DNA of 64,000 bases, taken from the NCBI GenBank assembly GCA_965204535.1, contig CBDBEV010000001.1, positions 384,001 to 448,000 of the forward strand, read 5' to 3'. The notes beneath the pieces were generated by a model. It was not told the DNA's origin. It worked only from the letters and a program-made list of their open reading frames with translations, and ran no database searches. Below are positions 28,996 through 38,384 of the stretch, in pieces. Position 1 is the first letter of the stretch, and each line of letters begins with the position of its first letter. The position numbers were made by a program, and so were the translations under genes. Source of the DNA: a bacterium. GTDB taxonomy: Bacteria > UBA8248.

Positions 28996-30515
28996 CTCTC
29001 GTATCCCGCGAGTCGCAGCGCCGTGCGGGCCTCTTCGCGATCATCGAACGGCGTACGCTCGGTTCCCAGAATCTGATACGTCTCGTGTCCCTTGCCCGCG
29101 ATGACCACGGCGTCTCCCTCGCGCGCCTGTGCGATGATGGCCCGAATCGCTTCGCGCCTGTCCAGGATGCTGCGCCAGCGGCCGGCGCTCGCGGGCGCGA
29201 GAGCGGCGCCGGATTCGACTTCTCTCAAAATCGACGCAGGGTCTTCGGTGCGCGGATTATCCGACGTCATCACCACGTAGTCGCTCCCCCGCAGGGCGGC
29301 GGCGGCCATGAGAGGACGCTTTTTTCTGTCCCTGTCGCCTCCGCACCCCATGAGGGTGAGGATTCTTCCCTCCGTGACAGGCCGGGCGAACTCCAGCACG
29401 CGGGCGAGGGCGTCCTCGGTGTGCGCGTAATCCACCACCACCAGAAATGGCTGGCCCATGTCGACCTTCTCGAAGCGCCCGGGTATGTTCTCCAGAGACG
29501 CGACCCCCACCGCCACTTCTTCGGGTGTCAAGCCCTGGGAGAGACAAACCGCCGATGCCGCCAGGATGTTGCTCAGGTTATGGCGGCCGATGAGCGCCGT
29601 TTCGACCCTCACCCTTCCGGCGGGCGTCAGCATCTGGAAACGCATGCCCGAAGAGGAACTCGAAAGATCCTCCACGCCCAGGTCCGCCCCGGAGCCGGCG
29701 GCGTACGTCCAGACTTGCCCCCCCACCTCCTCGGCGATTTTCCTTCCGTAGGCGTCATCGATGTTGACGATGGAATTGGCGGGCGAAAACTCTTTGAACA
29801 GTTTCAGTTTCGCCTGAAAGTAAGCCTCCATGTCGCCATGAAAATCGAGATGATCCTGGGTAAGATTCGTGAATACCGCCGCCTGGAACTCGCAGCCGAA
29901 CAATCTGTCCAGGGCCAGTCCGTGGCTCGACACTTCCATTACCGCGTGGGAAGCGCCCGCGTCCGCCATGCGGCGCAGATACCGCTGCAGGTCGGGGCCT
30001 TCCGAGGTCGTTCGTGGCTCCTCGAACACCTCATCGCCCACACGGTAATGAATCGTCCCCATCAAGCCGGTGCGCCTGCCCGAGGCGCGGAGAATCGCGT
30101 CGATGAGAAACGCGGTGGTCGTCTTTCCGTTGGTGCCCGTAACGCCGATGAGCGCCAACTCTCCCGAGGGATGCCCGTAGAACGCATCGCCGATGCGGGA
30201 CAAGGCCTCGCGGCAGGAGGACGCGACGAACTGGGGCACCTCGGGGGAGACCCCCTCTATTTTTCTCTCCACGACGAGGGCGGCCGCGCCCCCATCTACA
30301 GCGTCCTTGGCGAAATCGTGCCCATCCGCCTGGAAACCCACCACCGCCACGAAGACGTCGCCCGCACGCACGAGGCGCGAATCGTAAGCCACGCCGGTGA
30401 TTTGGGCGGAAAAATCCCCGGCGGCCCTTGCGCCGGGCACGGCCCGTGTCAATTCCTCGAATGAGGCGCTTTTCTCACTCACGACCATCGCTCCGATCAA
30501 CGCGTCGCATCCCAT
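28992..30515 (-). CDS. murE: UDP-MurNAc-dipeptide--meso-DAP ligase
   Basis: GTNGKTT, EVSSH, DHLDFH, DYAH, DNPR (DAP specificity), AGKGHE. The start may be 30488. Confidence 0.97.
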   Translation of the reverse strand: MGCDALIGAMVVSEKSASFEELTRAVPGARAAGDFSAQITGVAYDSRLVRAGDVFVAVVGFQADGHDFAKDAVDGGAAALVVERKIEGVSPEVPQFVASSCREALSRIGDAFYGHPSGELALIGVTGTNGKTTTAFLIDAILRASGRRTGLMGTIHYRVGDEVFEEPRTTSEGPDLQRYLRRMADAGASHAVMEVSSHGLALDRLFGCEFQAAVFTNLTQDHLDFHGDMEAYFQAKLKLFKEFSPANSIVNIDDAYGRKIAEEVGGQVWTYAAGSGADLGVEDLSSSSSGMRFQMLTPAGRVRVETALIGRHNLSNILAASAVCLSQGLTPEEVAVGVASLENIPGRFEKVDMGQPFLVVVDYAHTEDALARVLEFARPVTEGRILTLMGCGGDRDRKKRPLMAAAALRGSDYVVMTSDNPRTEDPASILREVESGAALAPASAGRWRSILDRREAIRAIIAQAREGDAVVIAGKGHETYQILGTERTPFDDREEARTALRLAGYER

Positions 30516-32350
30516 GAAGCCGTCTGCGCCCGATCGCCATGCAGATAGCGGCGCACCTCTCTTGCGGCGTCCAGAAACTTCTCGCCTATCGTTCGATCTC
30601 CGTTCTTCGGATCAGCCCCAACGCGAACCCGGGGGCGCGAATCCGCCACCTGCAGGATTCTGGCTCCCATCGGAGGCACACGCATGTAGCGCAGCGCCTG
30701 CCAGGCGATTCGCCGCCAAACCGGCGCCGCGACAGTACCCCCCCATGCGCCTGCGGGTCCCTTGCCCTCATCGAAGATAACGATGAGAGCGAAACGGGGG
30801 TTCTTGTAGGGGGCGAAACCCACGAACGACATGATGAATTTCGAGCGGCTGTAGCCCCGCTGACCCGGGAGAACCTTCTGCGCCGTACCCGTTTTCCCCG
30901 CGGCGCCGTAACCCGGAATTTCGGCCTTTCTCCCCGTGCCCCCGATCACGACCTTCCTCATCAAAACGCCGAGACGCTCCGCCACGCGGCGAGAGAGAAC
31001 ACGCCTGAACTCCTGCCTCTGGGCCGGGAGCGTCTCCTTTTCGTTTCGTCCGATGGAATCGTGCAGAACGGGCCGGGGCATCAGGCCGCCGTTCGCCACC
31101 GCGGCCACAGCCATCACCATCTGAAGCGGAGTGACACCCACTTCCTGCCCGATGGCTACCGCCGCCAACGAGGTTTTCGACCACTTCTTCGGCGCGCGAA
31201 GGACGCCCCGGGCTTCTCCGGGGAAATTGATCCCCGTCTTGCGGCCAAAACCAAAACGGTGCGCCATGAAATGGAGCTGGTGCTCACCGATATCACGCGC
31301 CATCTTGAATGTGCCGATGTTCGATGATTTCACAATCACCTCTTCGGCGGTGAGCCAGCCGTATTTTTTATGATCCCGGAGGGTGTAGCGCCCCCCTCCA
31401 AACCGGTAGGAACCGTTTTCGGCGAAATACTTTTTCGAGAGCGACTCGCCTGCGTCCAGATAGGCCGCCGCCGTGATGATCTTGAACGTCGAGCCGGGTT
31501 CGTAGAATTCCTGGATGGCGGGCTCTTTCCAAAGAGATGCGCCGTAAAGTCGATACGCGTTGGGGTTGAACCCCGGTACGGACGCCAAGGCCAGAATTCT
31601 GCCGCTTTGGGGCTCGACCATGACCCCGATGGCGCGCCGCGCGCCAACGCGGCGGAGTTGGGCGTTCAACTCTTTTTCGACGATATGCTGAAGTACCTCA
31701 TCGATGGTGAGGCGAACGTCCGCGCCCGGACGCGCCGGCACGAGAACCCTTGATTCGGGATGAGCCGGCCTGCCCTTCGCGTCGCGCTGGATACGAATGC
31801 GGCCCACGCGCCCCCCCATGTGCTCCTGGTAGGATTGCTCCACGCCATACATGCCCGCATCATCAACGCCGACGAAACCGACCAGAGAAGATGCGAGTTC
31901 GCGCTTGGGATAGAAACGCATGCTTTCAGTGACGAAGCCCAGGCCGTCGATCCCCAGCTTTTCGATTTTCCCTTGTTGATCGGGATTGATTTTCCGCTTG
32001 AGCCATACATAACTTCGGCGGCCGTTCAATTTCTCGAGATAATCCCCCACCGACCCACCCAGAATTTCCTTGAGCGCCAGCGAGACGCCCACCGGATCGG
32101 ACACCACCCTGGCGTTGGCGAAAAGAGAGGGTGCGTTGATGCTCACCGCCAAAGGCCGGCCCCTCGCGTCCACGACGTCTCCGCGCCTGGGGCGCACCAC
32201 GAGCGTGCGACGCAACTGGCGCTCCGCATAGGCTACGAGGTGATCACGATCGCGGATTTGGATGATGAAGAGCTTGACGCCCAACATGCAAAATCCGAAA
32301 ACCACCAAGGAGCCGCAAACCATCAAGCGACGAGAGAAGCCCTGCTTCAT
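30497..32350 (-). CDS. ftsI: Class B penicillin-binding protein (FtsI/PBP3)
   Basis: N-terminal TM; EPGSTFK (SxxK), SSN, KTGT. Confidence 0.95.
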   Translation of the reverse strand: MKQGFSRRLMVCGSLVVFGFCMLGVKLFIIQIRDRDHLVAYAERQLRRTLVVRPRRGDVVDARGRPLAVSINAPSLFANARVVSDPVGVSLALKEILGGSVGDYLEKLNGRRSYVWLKRKINPDQQGKIEKLGIDGLGFVTESMRFYPKRELASSLVGFVGVDDAGMYGVEQSYQEHMGGRVGRIRIQRDAKGRPAHPESRVLVPARPGADVRLTIDEVLQHIVEKELNAQLRRVGARRAIGVMVEPQSGRILALASVPGFNPNAYRLYGASLWKEPAIQEFYEPGSTFKIITAAAYLDAGESLSKKYFAENGSYRFGGGRYTLRDHKKYGWLTAEEVIVKSSNIGTFKMARDIGEHQLHFMAHRFGFGRKTGINFPGEARGVLRAPKKWSKTSLAAVAIGQEVGVTPLQMVMAVAAVANGGLMPRPVLHDSIGRNEKETLPAQRQEFRRVLSRRVAERLGVLMRKVVIGGTGRKAEIPGYGAAGKTGTAQKVLPGQRGYSRSKFIMSFVGFAPYKNPRFALIVIFDEGKGPAGAWGGTVAAPVWRRIAWQALRYMRVPPMGARILQVADSRPRVRVGADPKNGDRTIGEKFLDAAREVRRYLHGDRAQTASWDATR

Positions 32351-32387
32351 GGGCCAACCTGCTATGGGCGGGAGGGAGAAGGGACGG

Positions 32388-32735
32388 TTACTCTACACGT
32401 CCAGACCCTGCTCTTACATACACTATTTGCCCGGGTTCCGGAAAAACCATTTCCAGTTTTTTCCGCGCAATCGACTCGATGCGATCCAGCTGCCGAAGCG
32501 CGGCTATTTCGATTCGCAGGACGCGCCTGTCCTGCAAGAGTTTTTCTCTTTGGCGCTCCAGATTCGCCAGGCGATACCCGATCTTCACCATCTCCAGATG
32601 CGGCCACACCAAAGCGGCGGCGCTGCATGCGATGAAAGTAATGCACAGACCCGCCTTGAGCAGCGAGACGCCCGAACCGGCAGATGCCGCGCCTATTCTC
32701 TCTCGCCATCCGCCGCGGGTTTTCGGGCGTCTCAC
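32388..32735 (-). CDS. ftsL: Cell division protein FtsL
   Basis: Located between rsmH and ftsI; TM plus coiled coil plus RIESIARKKLEM..P. Confidence 0.85.
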   Translation of the reverse strand: MRRPKTRGGWRERIGAASAGSGVSLLKAGLCITFIACSAAALVWPHLEMVKIGYRLANLERQREKLLQDRRVLRIEIAALRQLDRIESIARKKLEMVFPEPGQIVYVRAGSGRVE

Positions 32736-33730
32736 CCTACATCCTCCCCGAGGCGCTCGGCGGCGCGCAATTTTGCACTGCGGCTGCGCGGGTTTTCACA
32801 CACCTCCGCCTCGTCGGGCCGGACGACCCTGCGGGTCAGGGTTTCGAGTGTCGGCTCCTCGCCGCCGGAGAGTCCGCGAAAGAGGTTCTTGACGATTCTG
32901 TCTTCCAGCGAGTGAAAGCTGATAACGACGATTCGCCCGCCCGGGCGCAGGAGGTCCACCGCATCGCGCAAGGAATCCTCGAGAGTCTCCAACTCACGAT
33001 TCACGGCGATCCGCAGCGCCTGGAACGTCCGGGTTGCGGGGTGAATGCGCCAACGCCTCCCGCGGCGGCCGCTCCTTCTGGCAGCGACCGTGGCGATGAG
33101 GGATGCGAGTTCATCGCATCGTCTCACGCCTCCATCTGCGCGCGCACGCCCGATGGCGCGCGCGATGGCGCGGGAGTGGCGCTCTTCCCCGTATCGATAG
33201 ATGAGATCGGCGAGTTCTTCTTCCGGTAATTGATCGATCAAATCGGCCGCGGTCGGCCCCTGCGTCCGGTCCATGCGCATGTCCAAAGGTTCGGGCGCGT
33301 TCATGCGGAATCCGCGGCCGGGCGTGTCGATTTGCATCGAGGAAAGTCCGAGGTCGAACAAAACACCGTCGACCGATTCATATCCCTCGGCCCTCACGAT
33401 GCGCTTCATTTCGCCGTGATGCGCATGATGAATCCTGGCGGCGTCCCCATACTTCGCCAGCCGCTTCTTGCAGATTTCTACGGCATCTCGGTCCCGGTCA
33501 CAGCCGATCAACACACCCGATGGCTGAACCGCATCCAAAACCGCGTCGCCATGTTCCCCTCCGCCCAAGGTAGTATCTAAGAACACAGCGCCCGGAGATG
33601 GCGCCAGGAAGCGCAAGACCTCCTGAACCATGACCGGGACGTGAGATGCCGTCATGCTTATATTCTCACCGCAAAAATGTTCCTCTGCAGCGCATTCGCT
33701 TGAAATTGGTTTTTCCAGTACGGCAAACAC
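32732..33730 (-). CDS. rsmH: 16S rRNA m4C1402 methyltransferase
   Basis: HVPVM, DxTLGGGxH, DLGLSSMQ, PLDMRMD, SFHSLEDR, NPRSRSAKLR. Alternative start 33655. Confidence 0.96.
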   Translation of the reverse strand: MFAVLEKPISSECAAEEHFCGENISMTASHVPVMVQEVLRFLAPSPGAVFLDTTLGGGEHGDAVLDAVQPSGVLIGCDRDRDAVEICKKRLAKYGDAARIHHAHHGEMKRIVRAEGYESVDGVLFDLGLSSMQIDTPGRGFRMNAPEPLDMRMDRTQGPTAADLIDQLPEEELADLIYRYGEERHSRAIARAIGRARADGGVRRCDELASLIATVAARRSGRRGRRWRIHPATRTFQALRIAVNRELETLEDSLRDAVDLLRPGGRIVVISFHSLEDRIVKNLFRGLSGGEEPTLETLTRRVVRPDEAEVCENPRSRSAKLRAAERLGEDVG

Positions 33731-33754
33731 ACCCGCTCCCCCTTTGAGCCCGCA

Positions 33755-34204
33755 TCAGAATTCGAATTCGATCAAATCTTCAGCAGACTCCTCATCAGCG
33801 GCCCCGGATTCTCCATCCTCTACTTCCTCATCCCATTTCGCCTTGTCCCAAATCTCCAGCCTGTTTTCGATGCCCGCAACAACGGCGTCCTTCTCGATGG
33901 AAGAATTCGAGCGCAATTTCGCGGGCAAGAGGATCCTGCCCTGCCGATCGAACTCGCACGATACGGCGCGGCCATAGAGCCTTCGGAGAGTGCGGCGAAC
34001 CTCTTTGGTGGAGGTGGACAGCTCACTGAGTTTCTCGCTGAACTTGCGTTTCCATTCCCGAACGGGATAGACGAATATGCAGCCATCCTTGCCGAGAAGA
34101 ACGACCTGGTCGCCGTAAGTGGCGCTCAGATGCTCCCTGAACCGCGCCGGAATACTGACGCGGCCTTTTGCATCCACCGATACCGGATGGGCGCTGATGA
34201 GCAT
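33755..34204 (-). CDS. mraZ: Division/cell wall cluster transcriptional repressor MraZ
   Basis: DAKGRVSIP and DRQGRILLP tandem SpoVT/AbrB motifs, EIW; ATG at 34204 after AGGAGAG. Confidence 0.93.
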   Translation of the reverse strand: MLISAHPVSVDAKGRVSIPARFREHLSATYGDQVVLLGKDGCIFVYPVREWKRKFSEKLSELSTSTKEVRRTLRRLYGRAVSCEFDRQGRILLPAKLRSNSSIEKDAVVAGIENRLEIWDKAKWDEEVEDGESGAADEESAEDLIEFEF

Positions 34205-34217
34205 CTCTCCTGCACCT

Positions 34218-34242
34218 CCCACTTTACCCCATATTTTCCCAC
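34218..34242 (-). promoter_or_regulatory. Three MraZ-binding boxes with exact 10-bp period
   Basis: Minus strand GTGGG-aaaat-ATGGG-gtaaa-GTGGG, between the promoter and the mraZ start; matches the known GTGGG repeat operator. Confidence 0.85.
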
Positions 34243-34253
34243 TTAGGCTTACA

Positions 34254-34282
34254 TTTATACTCCCGGATGAAATATCTGTCAA
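34254..34282 (-). promoter_or_regulatory. sigma70 promoter of the dcw operon
   Basis: TTGACA-17 nt-TATAAA on the minus strand. Confidence 0.85.
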
Positions 34283-34439
34283 GGCGATAATTTAGAAAAG
34301 TTAGAAAAAACAATGATTTCTATAAAGAAAAACCAAGAAACATCTTATATTTTTTAAGCCTGTTTTGAGGAATTAATTTAATATATTACTTTAATAAATT
34401 TATTTAATTCATTGAAATTAAAATTAAACTAAATAATTA

Positions 34440-34454
34440 GTGGGAGAAAGTGGG
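34440..34454 (+). promoter_or_regulatory. Distal inverted pair of MraZ-like boxes
   Basis: GTGGG-agaaa-GTGGG on the plus strand, 10-bp period. Confidence 0.6.
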
Positions 34455-34493
34455 GAAAATTTACGAGATAGGACGGAAAAACAGAAAAATATT

Positions 34494-35213
34494 TCACCAT
34501 GAAGAAAAAAGAACGAGCGTCATCGTTTCGATGATTTCGCTCGCAGCGCCGGGCGCATCTCTGACTTCTCTCTCCGGTTTATCGAATAGTCGCTTGAGGC
34601 CCCACATGACGCACAGAGCCACGACGGCCAGGAACAGCCCCCAGAACCACCCCACGAGAAAGCAGAGCAGAAAAGACCAGCCCAGCGCGATATATCCATC
34701 TCGCGGGCTCGATGGCCGAGCGGACCCCCGAGCGCCCTCTTCCGCTTCGCGCACCGATGGCGACGACGCGATGAGATAGGCCATGGCCGAGCGGGCGAGA
34801 ATAGGCGGAATCAATAGCGCAAGGTAGCGCTCATATCCCTGGAGTTCACTCAAAGCGACGAATTTGAGCAGGATCGCGCCGATGATGAGAGCAATACCAA
34901 CGGGATCCCCTGACCCTTCTTTTACATGGTGTCTAAACCCAAGCGTGTCCGAGAAATCCGACAATCCGCCCAGGGAGTTACCACGGGTCAAAATGATGAG
35001 CGCGACGACGAGCAGGGCGCTCCGCACCGAAACGGAAAAAGCGCCGGCGAGCGCCCAGTCCAGGGCGATGAGGATCGCCCCGATAAGGAGACCGACGAAC
35101 GGAAAACGCACGAGCGCGCGCGCCATATCTTCCGCTTCAGGCGCCCGGGGCGCGCCCGGCCAGGGTAAAACCGTCAAGAACCTTACGGCCTGCGCAAGCG
35201 CTTTCATGGGCAT
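34494..35213 (-). CDS. cobS: CobS-like membrane protein (cobalamin synthase family, divergent motifs)
   Basis: A-x-x-FLT-x-LP and FPxVG N-terminus, GLxDxxD, GAxxExxE C-terminus. Confidence 0.7.
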   Translation of the reverse strand: MPMKALAQAVRFLTVLPWPGAPRAPEAEDMARALVRFPFVGLLIGAILIALDWALAGAFSVSVRSALLVVALIILTRGNSLGGLSDFSDTLGFRHHVKEGSGDPVGIALIIGAILLKFVALSELQGYERYLALLIPPILARSAMAYLIASSPSVREAEEGARGSARPSSPRDGYIALGWSFLLCFLVGWFWGLFLAVVALCVMWGLKRLFDKPEREVRDAPGAASEIIETMTLVLFSSW

Positions 35214-35365
35214 CCCTCTCCGGCCTGCCTATTTTCAGGGTCTTGGGTTTTCAATCTGCCCCTGTGTTCGTTCAGGAAGCGCGTTTCGCTCATGGTTCGC
35301 AACCCGCCTCCCCCGAAAACTTTAAGGAGCGCCTGCGAATCGCTTGAGAGAAGCTCTGGTTGGTG

Positions 35366-35408
35366 AAAAAAGAGAAGGCGGCACTCCCCTTTCGGGAGTC
35401 CGCCCTCT
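35366..35408 (-). terminator. Intrinsic terminator after panB
   Basis: GGCGG(C)ACTCCC/GGGAGTCCGCC stem followed by T-rich tract on the minus strand. Confidence 0.7.
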
Positions 35409-35441
35409 GATTAAAGCATCGTATCTACTCGCCGAGGAAAA

Positions 35442-36314
35442 TCAGAAACAATGCTCTTTCGCGGGGAACGCGCCCTCTCGCACCTCTTGGCAGTAGCGCT
35501 CCATCGCCTCCGTGGCCAGATGCCCGACATCGGCATACCTCTTCACGAATTTCGGCGTGAAGTCGCGGAACAGCCCAAGCATGTCGTGGGTGACGAGCAC
35601 CTGGCCGTCGCAATCGGGGCCGGCGCCGATGCCGATGGTGGGAATGTCGACCTCTCGCGTTACGCGCGCGCCCAGGGCCGCCGGTATACCCTCTAACACG
35701 AGGGAGAACGCGCCGCCCTCCTGCACGGCCACCGCGTCGCGCAGCACCTGATCCGCCCCTTCATCGGTCTTGCCCTGCACCTTGAAGCCGCCGAACTGAT
35801 GAACGCTCTGAGGGGTGAGGCCCACGTGCCCCATCACGGGAATCTGGCTGTCCACCACCGCGCGTATCTCGTCCTTGACGCGGACGCCGCCTTCTAGCTT
35901 CACCGCCTCGGCGCCGCCCTCCTGAATGAGACGGCCCGCGTTCAGGATGGTGTCGCGCGCGCTGACGCCGAAGGTCAGGAACGGCAGGTCGGCCACGAGT
36001 AGCGCCTTGGGCTTGGCGCGGCTCACCGCAAGGGTGTGATGCACCATGTCGTCGAGCGTCACCTTCGTCGTGTCGGGATAGCCCAGAACCACCATCCCCA
36101 GGCTGTCGCCGACCAGGATGACGTCCACGTCGGCGCCGTCCACGAGTTTCGCCGTGGGGTAGTCGTACGCGGTGACGGAGGTGATCTTCTTCCCGCCCTT
36201 GCCCGCCCGGATGATGGCGGTGGTGATTTTCTTGCGCGCTTTCTTTGGTGCGCCGTTTCCGTTGATGGAAGTTTTACCGTTGGAATGCTGCTTGGCGAGG
36301 CTTTTTGTGCTCAT
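35442..36314 (-). CDS. panB: 3-methyl-2-oxobutanoate hydroxymethyltransferase
   Basis: TAYD, LVGDSLGM, KLEGG, GHVGLTPQ, IGIGAG..DGQVLV. Confidence 0.97.
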   Translation of the reverse strand: MSTKSLAKQHSNGKTSINGNGAPKKARKKITTAIIRAGKGGKKITSVTAYDYPTAKLVDGADVDVILVGDSLGMVVLGYPDTTKVTLDDMVHHTLAVSRAKPKALLVADLPFLTFGVSARDTILNAGRLIQEGGAEAVKLEGGVRVKDEIRAVVDSQIPVMGHVGLTPQSVHQFGGFKVQGKTDEGADQVLRDAVAVQEGGAFSLVLEGIPAALGARVTREVDIPTIGIGAGPDCDGQVLVTHDMLGLFRDFTPKFVKRYADVGHLATEAMERYCQEVREGAFPAKEHCF

Positions 36315-36424
36315 GGTCGCTCCCTCTTTGGGTGAACGCCTGCTGCAAGGCCCGTTTTGAAATGCTTCCGTTTTTTCCCGTCCATGTGTCCAGGTCCAGC
36401 GGCTCCCGGCACGTACTGTAATGA

Positions 36425-37423
36425 TTATGAATTCCCTCCCTCGATGTCAAGGCGCTCATCGCCAGGCGCATCATGGGAGGAAGGACCTTTTTCCAAAGAC
36501 AATACCCGATAATACAGCGATTTGTGGGCGGAAAACAAGACGCTGCGCGCATCCGCGCGCTCGATGAAGCGCCCGGTGACTTCGCGTATCTCGCTTCGGC
36601 GGCCCCGCATCAAATCCTGCCACATGGAATTTCTGTTGCCGGCCGTGGCGCGGGCGGTCTCGCGAACGATCTCGAGAACGTCGAGCGTCATGCCCTCCGC
36701 GTCGACGAGCGCCTGCAACTCCTTCGCCAGGGCGTCCACGAGCACCGCGGCGGAGGGCGTTTCCAGCAACTCTCCGTTTCTGAGCTCGAGCGCGGCGCCC
36801 AGGGGATTGATGACGGCGTTGGCCACCGCCTTCCTCCATTCCGCCTCCTTGCCGTCGCGTTTTTGGCGGACGCGCATCCTCGTAGGCTCCAAAAACTCCG
36901 CCAATCGCCTGACAAGTTGGGAATCCTCGACTGCTCCCGGCTCGGGGGCCAGGGTAACGTCCAGTGCGCCAAACTGGTTCACGCGCCCCGGTTTCGTGAT
37001 CTCCGCTCCCGTGCCCACGAGGCCTCGCACGACCCCAAGTTTCCGGTAAGAGCGCGGGAGATCCCTGCAAACGTCCAGGCCGTTCGAGAAAACAGCCGTT
37101 ATCGTCCCCTCACCCGCCATTTCTGAGAATTCTTTCGCCGCCACCTCGACTCGCCCCGCCTTCACGGTGAAAAAAAGGTGCGAGGCCATGATGTCGAAGG
37201 CTCCCTTGCATACCAGAGGGCGGGCCGTATAGGAAACCTCGCCATGAACCCTGACGCCGCTCTCTTCTATAACAGCCAGATGCGCGGAGGTTTCGGGGCT
37301 GGAGTTTGCGGAACCGGCCAGATAAACGCGACCCTCGGGGAGGTTTCTTTGCAGATGCGCGGCAAGCATGGTTCCCACGGCGCCGGGGCCTATGATAACG
37401 ACGGGTCGGGTATCCTCGGCCAA
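36425..37423 (-). CDS. panE: Ketopantoate reductase family protein
   Basis: GPGAVG Rossmann motif, VK, NG, WRK..N..INP, SMWQD...E. Confidence 0.85.
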   Translation of the reverse strand: MAEDTRPVVIIGPGAVGTMLAAHLQRNLPEGRVYLAGSANSSPETSAHLAVIEESGVRVHGEVSYTARPLVCKGAFDIMASHLFFTVKAGRVEVAAKEFSEMAGEGTITAVFSNGLDVCRDLPRSYRKLGVVRGLVGTGAEITKPGRVNQFGALDVTLAPEPGAVEDSQLVRRLAEFLEPTRMRVRQKRDGKEAEWRKAVANAVINPLGAALELRNGELLETPSAAVLVDALAKELQALVDAEGMTLDVLEIVRETARATAGNRNSMWQDLMRGRRSEIREVTGRFIERADARSVLFSAHKSLYYRVLSLEKGPSSHDAPGDERLDIEGGNS

Positions 37424-37432
37424 GGGTCGCGC

Positions 37433-38290
37433 CTAGCCGCCCAGCGAGCGCCAGAGAAGCAACACGCCCACGAAGATGAAGACGAAGGAGAGGAACACCT
37501 TCATCTTCTCGCCGTCGACGCGGTTGTTGATGAAAGGCGATATCTGACCGCCGCAGGCGACCGCGGGGATCGTCATGAACAGGATGTTCCAGTGCACGTT
37601 CACCTCGCCGGATGAGAACACGTAGGCATGCACCAGGGTGGCGGGCAGCACCGTGGCGAATACGATGAGAATCCCCGTACCGACGGCCACGCGGACGGGC
37701 AGCTTGTCCTTCACGATCAGGGCGGTAGTCGTGAGTTCGCCGATGCCGATGCCCGTAAAACCCACGAGTACTCCCCCCAAGGCCGACCAGCCATGGCCGA
37801 AGGCCCCGTGCTCGTAGCGGTACCAGTACCTCCTGCCCGCCGCGTCCATGCGGGTGGGCTTTCCGGTTTCCTCCGCCTGCTCCGCCTCCTGGATTCCGCC
37901 CTGGAAGTAGGCGAAGAGCATGGCGACCGAGAGAAGCACCATCATCCCGCCCAGAAGGCCAAGGATGAGCCTCGCGGGCACCGAATGGGCCAGGAACCCG
38001 AACGCCATGCCCACGGGGATGGACACGACAAGCACCTTCTTGGCGATGTCGTAATCCACCAGCTTTCTTCTCATATAGCCGGTGAGCGCGCTGCCGAAAC
38101 CGAAAATCTCGATGGAAAGCGCCAAAAAAACGGCTTCGAGCGGGACGATGGTCACGCCCGCCGCCCAGGGAAAGAGGAGGATGAAAATGGGCGCGAAGAA
38201 TACCGCGCCCTCCACGCTCGTGCTCGTCGCCGTGAGACACACGCAAAACGCAATGGGCAGCATCCACCAGAACTCGAAAATGTATTCCAT
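37433..38290 (-). CDS. Sulfite exporter TauE/SafE family membrane protein
   Basis: About 8 TM helices in two repeats; GAVFFAP, GIGIGE, AVGT. Confidence 0.85.
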   Translation of the reverse strand: MEYIFEFWWMLPIAFCVCLTATSTSVEGAVFFAPIFILLFPWAAGVTIVPLEAVFLALSIEIFGFGSALTGYMRRKLVDYDIAKKVLVVSIPVGMAFGFLAHSVPARLILGLLGGMMVLLSVAMLFAYFQGGIQEAEQAEETGKPTRMDAAGRRYWYRYEHGAFGHGWSALGGVLVGFTGIGIGELTTTALIVKDKLPVRVAVGTGILIVFATVLPATLVHAYVFSSGEVNVHWNILFMTIPAVACGGQISPFINNRVDGEKMKVFLSFVFIFVGVLLLWRSLGG

Positions 38291-38384
38291 CACGACGCCG
38301 GTCTTCCTTTGACAAACTTATGAGGACAAAAACATCAATATCGGTTTGGTTTGAGCCGGAACGGGGCGACTGTATCAAACACCC

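Noticed and set aside
34290-34440. AT-rich tract as an oriC DNA-unwinding element
   Set aside because: No DnaA-box cluster nearby; the context is explained by the mraZ promoter.
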